Shown: positions 1-12,623 of the stretch, one piece after another
Numbering within the stretch: the stretch's first letter is position 1
Layout: every line of letters begins with the position of its first letter
From: Halocafeteria seosinensis
Lineage: Eukaryota
Reading direction: 5' to 3'
Length of the DNA stretch: 20,000 nt
Assembly: GCA_001687465.1 (NCBI GenBank)
Contig: LVLI01000185.1
Span: 44,048-64,047, forward strand
Notes under the pieces: generated by a model
What the model was told of the DNA's origin: nothing
The model's input: the letters and a program-made list of their open reading frames with translations, nothing else
Database searches by the model: none
Made by a program: the position numbers and the translations under genes

Positions 1-1463
1 GTTTGTGTAAGTTCTGTGTGTTGAGATGATTGATCATCTTCTGTCTCGGTTACGGTCGCACTGGAAGTCGAGGGTGTCACAGAAGCGGTCTGGAGGGTTG
101 ACGGTTGGATAGACCTGCTGCACTCCAAAGCCGTAGACAACTGCTTCCTGGCACGGGAACTTGCAATAGTCGATGGAACTTCGTTTGCTTTTTCGGCAGA
201 AGTAACAGAAGTGGTACCACTAGAGGGTACATCCAAAACAACTTCGTGCTCCTGAACAGAAAATGAGCTAGGTCGGTCTTCAGTATCACTGCCCATACTC
301 CTAGAGAGGTCCACAACATCCACAGGTGCGTCGCTGTGGGGTTGATCGTCGGTGGAGTGAGCCTCCTGTACTGTGTCACATTTCCCTGCGTTTCGTTCTT
401 CTTCGGTAGGGCGTTGTGCGTGCAATTTTCGCAGTCCCTCGGAGCTTTTTTGGCGTAGCAATGTCAATACCTTTTGATCCGTCTCGTCCAAGAGACGCCC
501 CCAGGAACTATGATTCTCACTGGCATAATGCCCTTGGGGCGCTTCATCATCGATGGTGGTATCTGGTTTCCGCTCCTTCAAGTTCCACGCACGGGCAGTG
601 TTATCTGAGATATGCGAAGCTGCATCACATGATGGTGTGTCAGACGATACGGAATTCCAGCCACGAGTGCTTGACGGCGACTCTGTCTCTACGGAGTTTC
701 TTCTTTTATTTGAGGAGGTATCAAACCAGTAGCTCCCCGGGAAGGGTTCATGCCTGGTACTTGTCTTTTCGGAGTGATCGGAATCTATTGAAGAAGCCAT
801 TCCACTTCTATTTGCGGTCGTTGACCTCCCGGACTGCATATCTTCAGTCACTTTGGACGAGGCTCTTGTGGTAGTTTTATTCATCCTTTCTTGTTGCGAT
901 TTGGGTGACTCTTGTCCCAAACTCTTTGTTGACGATATGAGGTTATCGTGCCGACTCCCTCCGGCGTCGGATCCAATGTATAATGCATGATCAGGGCTGT
1001 CCTCAGCAGGAGAAAACTGTAGCCCTTCACTATTCGCTTGGCCACCGTTTGCATAAAACGGCACCGTCTCGTCTGTGCCGCACGACGACGCATGAGCAGC
1101 TGCAGTTCGAGGATGCTGCACCTCCGTTGTAGTTCCTCGTCCAGCGACAGCGCGTCTGCGGTCCGGCGGCGAAGAAGCAACTACAGTGTTATTATGTGTT
1201 GTGGCCGTTTCCTGTTCAGCCCCAGAACTATTGTCTCCATTTCCGGCGGCGGGCGCTGCTGTCTCCCTAGTCGTGCGAGTCTCCAAGGCTGTTGCACCCG
1301 CATGTGCTGTCGGGTGCCGCTCTTCAGCCTCCTCCTCCTCGTCGTCTTCATCGCCGTGTACGTCTACTTCTCTCTGCGTCGTGTTTTGAGTAGCCGAAAT
1401 GGGAAGTTGGGACGAATGAATGCTGTAGTTATCATCATCCTCAGGAAAAATGATGTAGTCCAT
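1..1463 (-). CDS. Hypothetical Ser/Thr/Glu/Asp-rich, probably disordered protein; partial, runs off the left edge
   Basis: Manual translation gives a stop-free minus frame from ATG 1463 (MDYIIFPEDDDNYSIHSSQLP...GDEDDEEEEAEE...TETEDDQSSQHTELTQ) to base 1, about 487 codons. It is absent from the ORF track, probably because it has no stop in the window. There is an in-frame TGA at 1493-1491 upstream. A GTAAAC donor at 1533 could mark an upstream intron, so the start is uncertain. Confidence 0.75.
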   Translation of the reverse strand, partial: MDYIIFPEDDDNYSIHSSQLPISATQNTTQREVDVHGDEDDEEEEAEERHPTAHAGATALETRTTRETAAPAAGNGDNSSGAEQETATTHNNTVVASSPPDRRRAVAGRGTTTEVQHPRTAAAHASSCGTDETVPFYANGGQANSEGLQFSPAEDSPDHALYIGSDAGGSRHDNLISSTKSLGQESPKSQQERMNKTTTRASSKVTEDMQSGRSTTANRSGMASSIDSDHSEKTSTRHEPFPGSYWFDTSSNKRRNSVETESPSSTRGWNSVSSDTPSCDAASHISDNTARAWNLKERKPDTTIDDEAPQGHYASENHSSWGRLLDETDQKVLTLLRQKSSEGLRKLHAQRPTEEERNAGKCDTVQEAHSTDDQPHSDAPVDVVDLSRSMGSDTEDRPSSFSVQEHEVVLDVPSSGTTSVTSAEKANEVPSTIASSRARKQLSTALECSRSIQPSTLQTASVTPSTSSATVTETEDDQSSQHTELTQ

Positions 1464-1738
1464 TTTACCATCAACTCCCCCTTGAACGTCTCAACAGGTC
1501 ACATAAGCATCACACAGGAGCCATGAAGTTTACCTATATCAACTCTTCGGACGCAATGCGCCTTGATATTGGCCGAATGTGCAATGGCTCTTTGTGAAGG
1601 TCAACATCGTGACGCTCACGACACGAGGAGCAGATGAAAACAATGAAATATGTTAAAGAGTCACTGGAAAGAAGGAGTACAAATCTAGTCTTAATCAATG
1701 AGGATGGAAATGACGTATTCCAAGGCATACGCAGTTGT

Positions 1739-3659
1739 TTATTTATTAGTTTGGTGCTTAGCCATCCTTTGAACGGAAGACAACAAAGTCGGATCCGCCA
1801 GGTACTCCATTATGTTTTCGCTCTTCGCTACCTTATACCTCGGTTGTACCCCAGTTTTATCACGGATTCCACGATCTTCCTGATGTGTTTTTGACCTGAG
1901 TCTAGTCACACCTCCATCACGTGAGGAAGAGGACGTGCTCTTCCGTGCAAGCTCCTCCCGACGCTTACTTGGTAGTCGCCGTTTACGGAGCAGCGCAGGT
2001 TTGCCTGCTTCATACGCTTTCCTCCGTTTTTCATTGCTCCGTGGCATATAATCTTCTTTGTGGGAGCTCAATCCGATGAGTTGCAAATTATTTTCTGAAG
2101 CAGCCTCGATTGCGCTGGCAAGTACTTCGTCGCGTTTCGTAACTAAGGACGTAGCTATTCCTGGGGTCCCAGCACGGGACGTTCGACCACAACGATGCAA
2201 GTATTCCACCGCATTTAAAGGAAAGTCAAACATAATGACATGAACCGCGCCTGCAATGTCTAAACCACGAGCGGCGGCATCCGTGCAGACGAGTGTGCGT
2301 TTTTGCCCCTTCTTAAATTTTTGAAATTGGGAGGTTCGTAACTGACCAGGCATGTCTTTGTGAAGGCAAACGTTATCCACTCCATTTTCTTGAAGAAAGT
2401 GGCCAGTTGATCTGACACTCTGGGTCGTGTTACAGAAGACAATCTTGCGAGGCAGAAGTTCCTCTACGTCGCTCGAAGGAAGCGACCTCCTAGCATCTTT
2501 CCTGAACGTTTCATCAGTCACTCTTATTGCGTCTAAGAGGGCCTGATACTTCCATTCGCCTCCTTTCGGAACTCGTATAAAATGGTGTGTTAACTGTGAG
2601 GGTTTCTTATGAGTGCTCTCGTCCACGATTTCCATTGCTTTCTGCATCGCTAACAATAGGAGGGCGGTAGGATTGAACAAAAATATTGTGGACTAAGCAG
2701 GAGCTGAACTACGTACGGGAAAAGTCCTATGTATACTGTGTTGGGCGTTCCTGTCGGTCGTTGCAGCACACAACACCACCTGAAGCTGGTTCTCCTTGCT
2801 CGCGGAGTACAGTAGACGATCAACATCTTCCCTAAACCCGTTGTTGGGATGCAATAGTGTATCTGCCTCATCAATGACAATGTACTGAGTGTCATTCAAA
2901 CCTATCACCTTATCGTCCAACAGTTTCCTTAATTTCCCGGGGGTAGAAAAAAGCATATCCATGGGCTTGTCTATATGATGTCTACTCGTCTTCTTGGATG
3001 CTCCTCCAACTGCATCCGAAGAACTGAACTTCGCAAAGTGAGTAAAACATTTCGTCACTTGCTGCATATTCGAGAAGACTGTGCGACAGAGAGCAATACA
3101 ATGCTGCAAACGGCGATCACGTACTGCCAGTTGCTCGACTAGTTCACGCGTAGGAGCCAGAACTACCGCCCTTGGTCGACCCTTTCGAGGGACAATCATC
3201 TGCTCCATTTCATCTCGTTTCAGCAATTCAATTATAGGAAGTATATAAGCCAAACTCTTGCCACTTCCTGCAATGCCCATCAAACCCGGTGCTTGCGCCA
3301 ACCAATAATACTGTACAGAGCGCTCTTACCTGTGCCTGACTTGATCATTATTTCCCTCCTCCGAGACAAGATTGCCGGAATGGCTTGAGTCTGTGTTATT
3401 CAGTAATATCCTCCTTTGAAGCGATACACCTGGTATTTGGGGTTTTCCTGCTTACCTGTATTGATGTGGGTTCCTCTATTTGGCATTTCGCTTGTAATCC
3501 ATGCTCCAGCTCACTACGCAGTCCCAGGTCCGTAAACATTGCCATACGATATATCCTGGACACCGAAATCCACCGAACACTTCCTGCAAAGCTCGGCGAC
3601 CCAGTTCCCGGTGTCCCATGTATCGGCAGTGTTGTTGCGAGTCTTGTCCATTTCAGCAT
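1739..3659 (-). CDS. DEAD-box ATP-dependent RNA helicase, organellar type (RH39/DDX28-like), ~551 aa, 5 exons
   Basis: Exons 3659-3456, 3390-3330, 3267-3125, 3061-2717 and 2641-1739, all GT-AG and in phase. Motifs: Q motif FTDLGL...PTSIQTQAIP, I SGTGSGKS, Ia PTREL, Ib TPGKL, II DEAD, III AAT, IV IVFCNT, V TDAAARGLD, VI HRCGRTSR. The N-terminus is Arg/Ser/Thr-rich with no acidic residues, like a mitochondrial presequence. Subfamily is an inference. Confidence 0.92.
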
Positions 3660-4147
3660 TCTCTCCTTGTTCCACTTGGAAAAAGTTCAGAGAAAAGAAC
3701 AAGGTAATTTACCAGACCATGCCTCTCCTGCATTCCCTTTTCCAAGGAGAAATCCATTAGAATTACAATACTGCAGCACGTACCCATTGTATTACAACCA
3801 TAAGAATTGTGAATTTGATAGTGAAGCATTTGAACTTTTGCCGCGAAGATGCCCACACAATGTCCAAACTGGGGTGGAGTTTATAGCGGACCAAGGCTAA
3901 GAAATCCCTGTCTGTATACCATTGAAATACTCTCGGTTTTTTACGCGGCAGAAGACTCTGAGAAGAGGTTGAACTTGATCCAAACAACTCCAAGAGGCGC
4001 GCGGCGGAATTACTTGTGGAACAAACTTGAGTTGTAATTCAGTTTCCAACAGCTAAAAGTGCATGCATAAAAGGTTGCTTCTTGTCCCATTCATTGCATA
4101 TTTTCTTAAGTTAATTCAGGAGGTGGATAGAAAACATACCCTGTAAA
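3660..4147. promoter_or_regulatory. Putative divergent promoter region between the DEAD-box helicase and ACBP-DECR1
   Basis: 488-bp AT-richer interval between head-to-head start codons, with no convincing ORF. Called from position only. Confidence 0.45.
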
Positions 4148-5724
<1,577 letters not shown>

Positions 5725-5762
5725 TAGCAACCGATCAGTTTACACTGGACTAATACATTCAT

Positions 5763-7919
5763 TTAGTTTGCCTCCACTTCCTCTGGATCTACTAGTAGTT
5801 TGCTCATGTACGGACCATCCAATTCATAGCCCAGCTTCCGGTAATAGTTCCTTGTCCCAATGCCCGATATCACAGCCAACTTATCACTGCCATGTTCATC
5901 ACGTGCTAGTCTCTCTGCCTCTTCCATCAGCAACGTTCCAAAACCGCGATGCTGAAACTTGGCAGGATCTCGTGAGTGCACTGGAATGGCCGTTCCGTAC
6001 ACATGTAACTCGCGTACAATTGACACTCCTCCTAAGCCCCTTTCCCTCCAGTCCGGATCTAGTTGGAAAGCGGGATTAGGCTGTTGAGACGAACTCTTTC
6101 CCTCGGTCACTGTTTGACTCTTATCTCCAGCCCTTTTGCCTGGAAGTTTCTTAAGAGAAACATTCTTGCCGGACTTAGTCCCGGCACTAGTATCTTGATG
6201 TTGGCTAACTGGTTTCTTGGCAGGAAGTTTCAACTCAGGACGGAACGTTGCTGCTGAACACTTGCGTAGTCTTAATAGTCCAACAAGAATATCTTGTTGC
6301 GGATCTTCGTATGCAAGGAATGTTTCCCATCCTCCATTGGCTCGGTAATCTCTTCGAATCAATTCCACTTGATCGGGCCTCACGCGGTGATGGATATCCC
6401 TTATCCCCACTTCTCTTGTACGAACATCGCGGCAAGCGAGTCCCAAATCTCTCATTCGAGCTAATGCTAGCTCGCGAAGATTTCCATGCTCAACGCCCGA
6501 CGTCACCAGCGGCATAGGGATATCCCGCTGGATCCTGTACACACGTGTCCATGGAGGTACCATGGCAAGCATTCGAGCAACAAGGTCAACAAGTGTCTCC
6601 GGAGGGTAATTTTTATACGCGCCAGTCTTCCACAATTCGTAAAGTCCTGTTCCTCGAATCACCAATGTAGGATACAGCTTCAAACCGTCCGAACGGAAGT
6701 CAGGGTTTTCAAAGAATTCTGCGCGTATATCGTACCACCACAAGTACATTAAGTTGAATAGCCTTGGAAAATGTCTCAACATGGATCCTACTAACCTCGA
6801 AAACCTTCAAGGTCGCGTTCCCATCCCATATTCGGCAGATCCGGCATCAGGTGCGCCACGACCTTGTAGCCACAGTCTTTCGCTAAATGGAACGAATGGC
6901 AGACAGCAGCAATAGTATGACCCCTGCAACAGCATCGCATAATTCCAGCTTCCGACTCAATTGGTTTGAAACTCTTCTGCGCACCGAACTTACCGATTCG
7001 TATCACGAGCTACATCTTCGTAGATGCTCTGTACTCCCACTTCTATTCGAGTGCATCCATAGCTTAACATACTGTTCAAATGCGGTTTCAAACAATAGTC
7101 CGGACGCGTTTCAATGGTAATACCAATGCACTTGGAATTGCTTTGCTCCGAATATTGAATGGCTTCCTCAACGCTGTTGGACGAGTGGCCACTCAAGGCA
7201 TCATGCAAACTACGTATAAAGTAATCACGATACTTATGATCCATAGATAGGAATGTTCCACCCATGACGATGAATTCTACCTTGTCAACACTGTGTCCTA
7301 GGGATTTCAGTTGCTCTACTCTGTCTCGCGTTTGCAAGTAGGGGTCATACCGACTCCGTATAGCTCTCATGGAGGTGGGTTCATAGCCAGTGTATGCTTG
7401 CGTGCTGTACTCAAAGTCGGAATCTGGGCCACCTGGGCAGTATACACAGACGTTTCCGGTGAAGTCAATATGAGGGCATCTATGAGGCTTGCACATGACA
7501 GCCACCACTGCAATTCCTGACGCCGTCCGAACAGGTTTCGACTTCAAGAATGGTTTCAATTTCGGTCGGTATTCATCCGGAACCGCAGCAATGATGTCCA
7601 CAAGTTTGGGCGTCGTGGCGAGTTTATACTTCCTCGATACGCTCTGCTTTACCTTGGTAATATTCACGGGAGATTTGTTTTCGTAGGCCTGCAGCCTCCG
7701 TCCGACACACGCGTATTAGCTAGCACACATACATTCGGAGAGGTAGGGACGACGCCATCCTCCATACATACCTTGACGAGCTCATTCACCACATCGGTGA
7801 CGCCTTTGATATAGGCCTCTTGGTCCACATCTGTGCAGCACACATGAGGTAAATGAACCTGGAACGTGTGGTACATGGATGGCATTCATTTTCTTACTTT
7901 GTTTTGTTAAAGTCGGCAT
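5763..7919 (-). CDS. ELP3: Elongator complex protein 3 (radical SAM + GNAT acetyltransferase; tRNA U34 modification), ~619 aa, 5 exons
   Basis: Exons 7919-7898, 7830-7772, 7688-6994, 6923-6796 and 6718-5763. Motifs [23 protein letters not shown]...[47 protein letters not shown] and [16 protein letters not shown]. The start at ATG 7919 (MPTLTKQ|NVDQEAY) is inferred from splice phase. Confidence 0.97.
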
Positions 7920-8030
7920 TGTTTCTCACAAACAGCAAACTTGTCCTATTTTTTATTTTTATTTTCTTTTATTTGTATCATGCTCCATCAAGCATAATAA
8001 ATCTGGTGGACAGTCAATACAGCGTCAAGA
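7920..8030. promoter_or_regulatory. Putative compact bidirectional promoter between ELP3 and RABL6
   Basis: Only 111 bp lie between the inferred divergent ATGs (7919 minus, 8031 plus). A ~26-nt T/A tract at about 7949-7974 stands out from the roughly 50% GC surroundings. Confidence 0.6.
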
Positions 8031-11000
8031 ATGGGCAATGCTGATTCCAAGCAGCGCCGTAGCGGAGGAGGAGGAGACGCAGCCTCCTCTCCTTCCTCCC
8101 CTCATGGACATGTAGGCGGCATACAAGGCGTAGCTGTATGTCCTTGGTCATCTCTTCTCTCTGTGTGTGTGTGTCGTGGCAATGATAATCAAAGGACTTG
8201 AACTTGGTGCAGGTCTCCCCTATGGAACACAGTCTGCAGAGGCATTTACAGCAATTCTCTTCGACGGCTGGTATACACAACAGTACGTTGCTTCTTTCTT
8301 TGGTGTGCCCTTCATATTGACGCCTCTGGGAAAGGAGAAAAGAAAAAAAAAAGCTACCTATGGTGCAGTGAAAATCGTGATCCGCGGCACTCGCGGTTCG
8401 GGGAAGACAACTTTGGTCCATCGTCTTCAAGGGAAACCATTTGTACAAGAATACAACCCCACTCATGAAATCAGTTCGGCGCAAATTGAATGGAATTACC
8501 GAGCTTCCGATGAAATGGTCAAGGTGAGTGCGCACATGTTCTTTTTGACCTCGGCAAAGAAGACGATGCGGAAGATACCGCTGCACAATATCTTTTTCTC
8601 TTCTGATGGGGACGTGCTGCAGATGGAAATATGGGATGTCGTGGATAAGGCAGTGAATGAGTATGAGGCGTTGAAACTTACAGGATTACCTGAGGATGCC
8701 CCTAGTGGAGTTTGGGAGTCCGCCAAGCGGGCGGCTAAGAACAGACAAGCCAGCGAAAAATACGGTACGTGCATTCTTTATTTCCCTATCCTCAAACGCT
8801 CGTTTGGTATGATGGCGTGTATTGGCTTTTGCTCCAGCCCCTGCTGATGCTGAAACTGTGGATGTATATAGAGGTGCCGATGCTGCGGTAGTATTGTATG
8901 ATTGCACCGATCGTGAATCATTCAATAAAGTTAAAGAATACATCCGCGGGATGCCGAAAGAATTACCGGCGTTAATTTTGGCTAACAAAAGGGACTTGCC
9001 TGATAGTGAAGTAAGTTTCCGTAAGCACCTTCTCAATACCTCAAGGGAGGTCGTTCTGTTTTACGTCGATATCATTTCTCCTTGCAGCGGCTCGTTAGTT
9101 TGGATGAAGCGACGGCAGTGGCACAGGAAGCATCGAAAGCTCATATACGACGCCTTGGTGGCGAGCGGGTCGTCGCGTTTGAGACCAGCCTTAAGGATTG
9201 CTTTGGCTTAAAGGTTCTGTATAATTATTTCAATATCCCATTTCTGGAAACTAAAGTAAGTTAAGCAGTGAGATGGAGACAGTTCAGAGTCGGACAATTT
9301 TTTTCTCTTTGCTTGTTCATATGCTCAGCTGGATGTACTCGAGTCGCTAATGCAAGACATGCGGAAGGACCTGACAACTGTGCGAGAAGAAGTGCAATGC
9401 TACATCGATAACTTGGACTATGATAGTCATCTGCGATGGCTGGAGGCCACTAAGAACCCTGGGAAGGTCAGGACGGAAGATAGCTTCGCCGAAGATTTGG
9501 AAGAATACGAGAAAACAAAAGCAGCACTGCAAGAAAGAGATGCACTGCATGAGGATAACAACGCAGGTCGATCCAAGAAAGATCGACAAAGAGATGTGGA
9601 GGAGGAGACTCACAAGTCGAGGAGATTCAGAGTATCTTACGACGAAGAAGAACAAGCCAGCAAGAAAAAGAAGAAAAAGAAAACGAAACGAAGCAAGGAA
9701 GATTCTTCCAAGAAACGAACAAAAAAATCTTCGTCGCAAGAAAACAAAGGGGGCGAAAGCGTTGATCAAGGCCCAGAACAGCTCCCTCGCAAAGGGTATT
9801 TGGAATCCCCTGACGAGGCGGCGAAGAATGCCGAAAAAAACGATGCTTTGGATATAGCTCCCCCTAAACCTGCTGCTTCCTCAGAACTGGATGATTTCTT
9901 CTCTAGCGACGAAGAGGATGCTTCACCTCCTGCTGCCCAGCCCAGTAGCATTCCAAGAAGCCGAACTTCATCTAGAGACCGTGCCATTTCAAAGGGTGAA
10001 ACCGAACATAACGAAGAGGACAATGAGAATGCCGGTGAAAAGGGAAGCTCTGATGATGACGATGATAATGATGCAGACTTTAGTGGTGTTGAAGTTCCTC
10101 CAGAGAAGCCAATGTATGAGAGCGACTCAGACTCTGATACGAACCGTGACGCTGGTCAGAGCGAACAAGAAGTGTTGACATCTCGACAGGAAGATACGCA
10201 CCGCGTCGACACCGTTAAAAACGAGATCCAAAGAGGAGAGGATGAGGAAGGAGAAAAGGGAGAAAGCATCCATGGTTATGCAGAGAATTCGAAGCCCTAC
10301 GCTGTGCCTACTCTCGATGAGGGTACGGATAACGAACGGGCAGCAGATGAAGCGTCATATTTTCCGCAGAAACCGAGCTCTCATAATGTCGCATCAGAGA
10401 ACAGCCAAGCAATTCAGTCAATGTTTGGAGACTTGGACATAGAAGACGACTTTCATAGCGAACAAGGGGTTGAAAAAGAGGCAACTTCGGAGGGTGCCGA
10501 AGGAGGGGATATCGAAGAACATGACGCATTAAAAGGTGAAAGCAGAGACACGGACAGAAATGAAGCTGCAAAGGAGGAAATTTCAGACTCTGGTGAGGTT
10601 GTGCAGACTGAAGAAGAAAGCGAAGAGCACAACGTCGACTTTGGAGAGAACAGGGAGTTCACCTATGCCACTAGAAGCGAAGCTGAACTGACATCTACGG
10701 TTCAACATGATTCACACAACAGGGTGAAAACAAGTGAAGTTCCTGAGAACGCTGGAGAAACCCTCGCTGAGGACGACCACGATGAATTTGAGCCGCCCAA
10801 GACCCTTATCAAAGAAGAAGACAACCTCGGTGAATTCCTTGATAGTGAAGATGAAGATAATGGTGCTGCTCAGTCATCTGGGGCTACCTATCAAGGGAAC
10901 GAAGATACCGACGAGGTGGATTTTAAACCTCCACTGTCGGGAGGTAACAACCTCGACGATTTTCTAGGCAGCGAGGACGACGGTGATGAAGGTTACTATC

Positions 11001-11245
11001 CACACACGTCGGTCCCGGCTGAATCCGAAGAGGAACTCGTGTACAGGGAAAAGCAGCCAGGGGAGGGGTCGACCAGCGCTTCTACCACCACAGCTGCCGC
11101 TACCTCTGAAACAGTTCAAGAAGCGTTGAAGCGAGCCCAACAAGAATGGACGGACTCGGAAGGTAAGACAAAGACGAAGAAGAAGGGAAAGAAGTCGAAG
11201 AATAAGAGGTCAAAGAGTCAAAAGGCGAACAGTCAAGAGTTGTAG
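8031..11245 (+). CDS. RABL6: Rab-like protein 6 (RBEL1/PARF)-like GTPase with a long acidic C-terminal region and Lys-rich patches, ~909 aa, 7 exons
   Basis: Exons 8031-8135, 8213-8282, 8369-8523, 8623-8764, 8838-9010, 9088-9255 and 9329-11245. The spliced product reads MEHSLQR...[36 protein letters not shown]...WNYR...VKMEIWDVVDK...DAETVDVYRG...ANKRD...ETSLKDCFGLKVLYNYFNIPFL, which matches the RABL6 pattern including the atypical G3 WDVVD. Confidence 0.9.
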
Positions 11246-11557
11246 TGAGTGAAAAAGCAGGATCCTATATGCTGATATCCATTCGAAGTTATGTGCCACT
11301 AGAAGCACATTTGTTACCCACCTTGTCCAATAAGAACTGGTTTGATTATATACGAAAAATAATTAGCCCACCGCATGCTACCATCTAATTTGTTCCATAG
11401 TTTAAGGGTGGCAGCGTAGTGCCCCCGTCCTGCAACCGTCCAGTGCAATATACTACTTGAAGCCGATCCAGGAACGTACCACCACGCAGGAAGGGCAAGA
11501 GCCGTAGTTCTTTTCTCCGAGTGCGACTGTCTCTACCCAACCTTGCTTTCCTTAGGG

Positions 11558-12623
11558 TTACCTTAATGGGTTTTCTTGTTGAGGATCATTTGGTGATGAC
11601 TGTTTAAAGGATGATCTGGATGAGCGTCCTCCTCTTCTTCCCTTCCCTCTACCTCTGCCACGTGAGGGCGCGTTACCGAAATTCTGTGGCGTTATATCGG
11701 GATTCGTAATTGTTGGATTTATTCTGTTTGGGACTCCACCTGCAGCAAAAGAGCTTCTAAGCGGCGATGCTGACATTGCCGGAAAATTTATCGTATCGGC
11801 TCCAGGGATGTTTCTGAAGCAAGCTGCTGTTAACTGCTCGACAAACACGTTGAGATTGCCCTGAGGTACGAGCAGAAATGTACGTATTCCAAGACATGTC
11901 CTTCGCTTCAAATCAATTTGGCAAGCATCCCCTGTTGGCATAACCCCATTGTGTATCCTGTAATCTGCGATGCTAGGATGTAGACCTCCACACGCCCGGA
12001 TCGATTCGGCTTTGCAAATATCCACTCTCGATATACTTTCCAGAGGGATAATCCTCCACCCGTCGTATCCACACATTGAAAGCGTTTTATATCTCAGTCC
12101 CAGGTGGGAATCCGTAATGCTGCAAATTCGATTCACCCAACGTGAGTGCGTGCATCGCACAACCAACACTCACTCTACGCCACCGCTTACCGTATGCCTG
12201 TTGGGTAATGAGGGCCGGTAGCGACGCAGGCGGCGCTTGCAAGGAGCCATAAAAGGTGGATAGCCTTTACATCACCTCCTGTACAAACGAACATGCAGGT
12301 ATCTGGTTACACGAGACAATGACAATCGAGCACCTACCGTCCGAAGCTGGTCTTAACGCCAAGACTAGTGCCACCATTAAGAATACTGCCGCGAATAAAT
12401 ACCATTTCATTTCTACGATAGGCTGCGTCATAAGCCGAAAATTGTGCAGTTCGAATTGACTGAGGAACTGCTGCCGCGTAATCTTGGCTGGGAGCTCTGA
12501 TTGGGACTGCTCCAGCACGTCGAATGAATCAGCATTGTCAGCATGTTGGCTCTGTTGGCTCGCCCAACTAGTTGAGTGCTGATGCTGAGACTCCTGCGGC
12601 TGTGTCTCAGGGTTATTATCCAT
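11558..12623 (-). CDS. Hypothetical membrane protein, ~311 aa: two hydrophobic segments, a PH-like beta region and an RG-rich tail; 3 exons
   Basis: Exons 12623-12338, 12278-12191 and 12119-11558 join in phase through GTAGGT..CAG and GTAAGC..CAG introns. Hydrophobic segments are WYLFAAVFLMVALVLAL and IHLLWLLASAACVA, followed by IRITDSHLGLRY...RIIPLESISRVD. The 3' end could be extended by another intron (AG|GTAACC overlaps the stop). Confidence 0.7.

Noticed and set aside
77..1526. ORFs 77-379, 416-874, 881-1180, 1038-1526 and 1186-1389
   Set aside because: Antisense or alternate-frame shadows of the long minus-strand frame 1463-1; their composition is implausible for real proteins.
2170..3270. 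DEAD-box motif variants (GKS, AAT, HRCGRTSR) as a sign of pseudogenisation
   Set aside because: The catalytic Lys, DEAD and arginine fingers are intact, all apparent frameshifts resolve as GT-AG introns, and such variants are common in organellar helicases.
8163..8174. (GT)n microsatellite and the GTG-started ORF 8167-8847
   Set aside because: The short repeat lies inside an intron, and the ORF's N-terminus is intronic read-through rather than the real RABL6 start.
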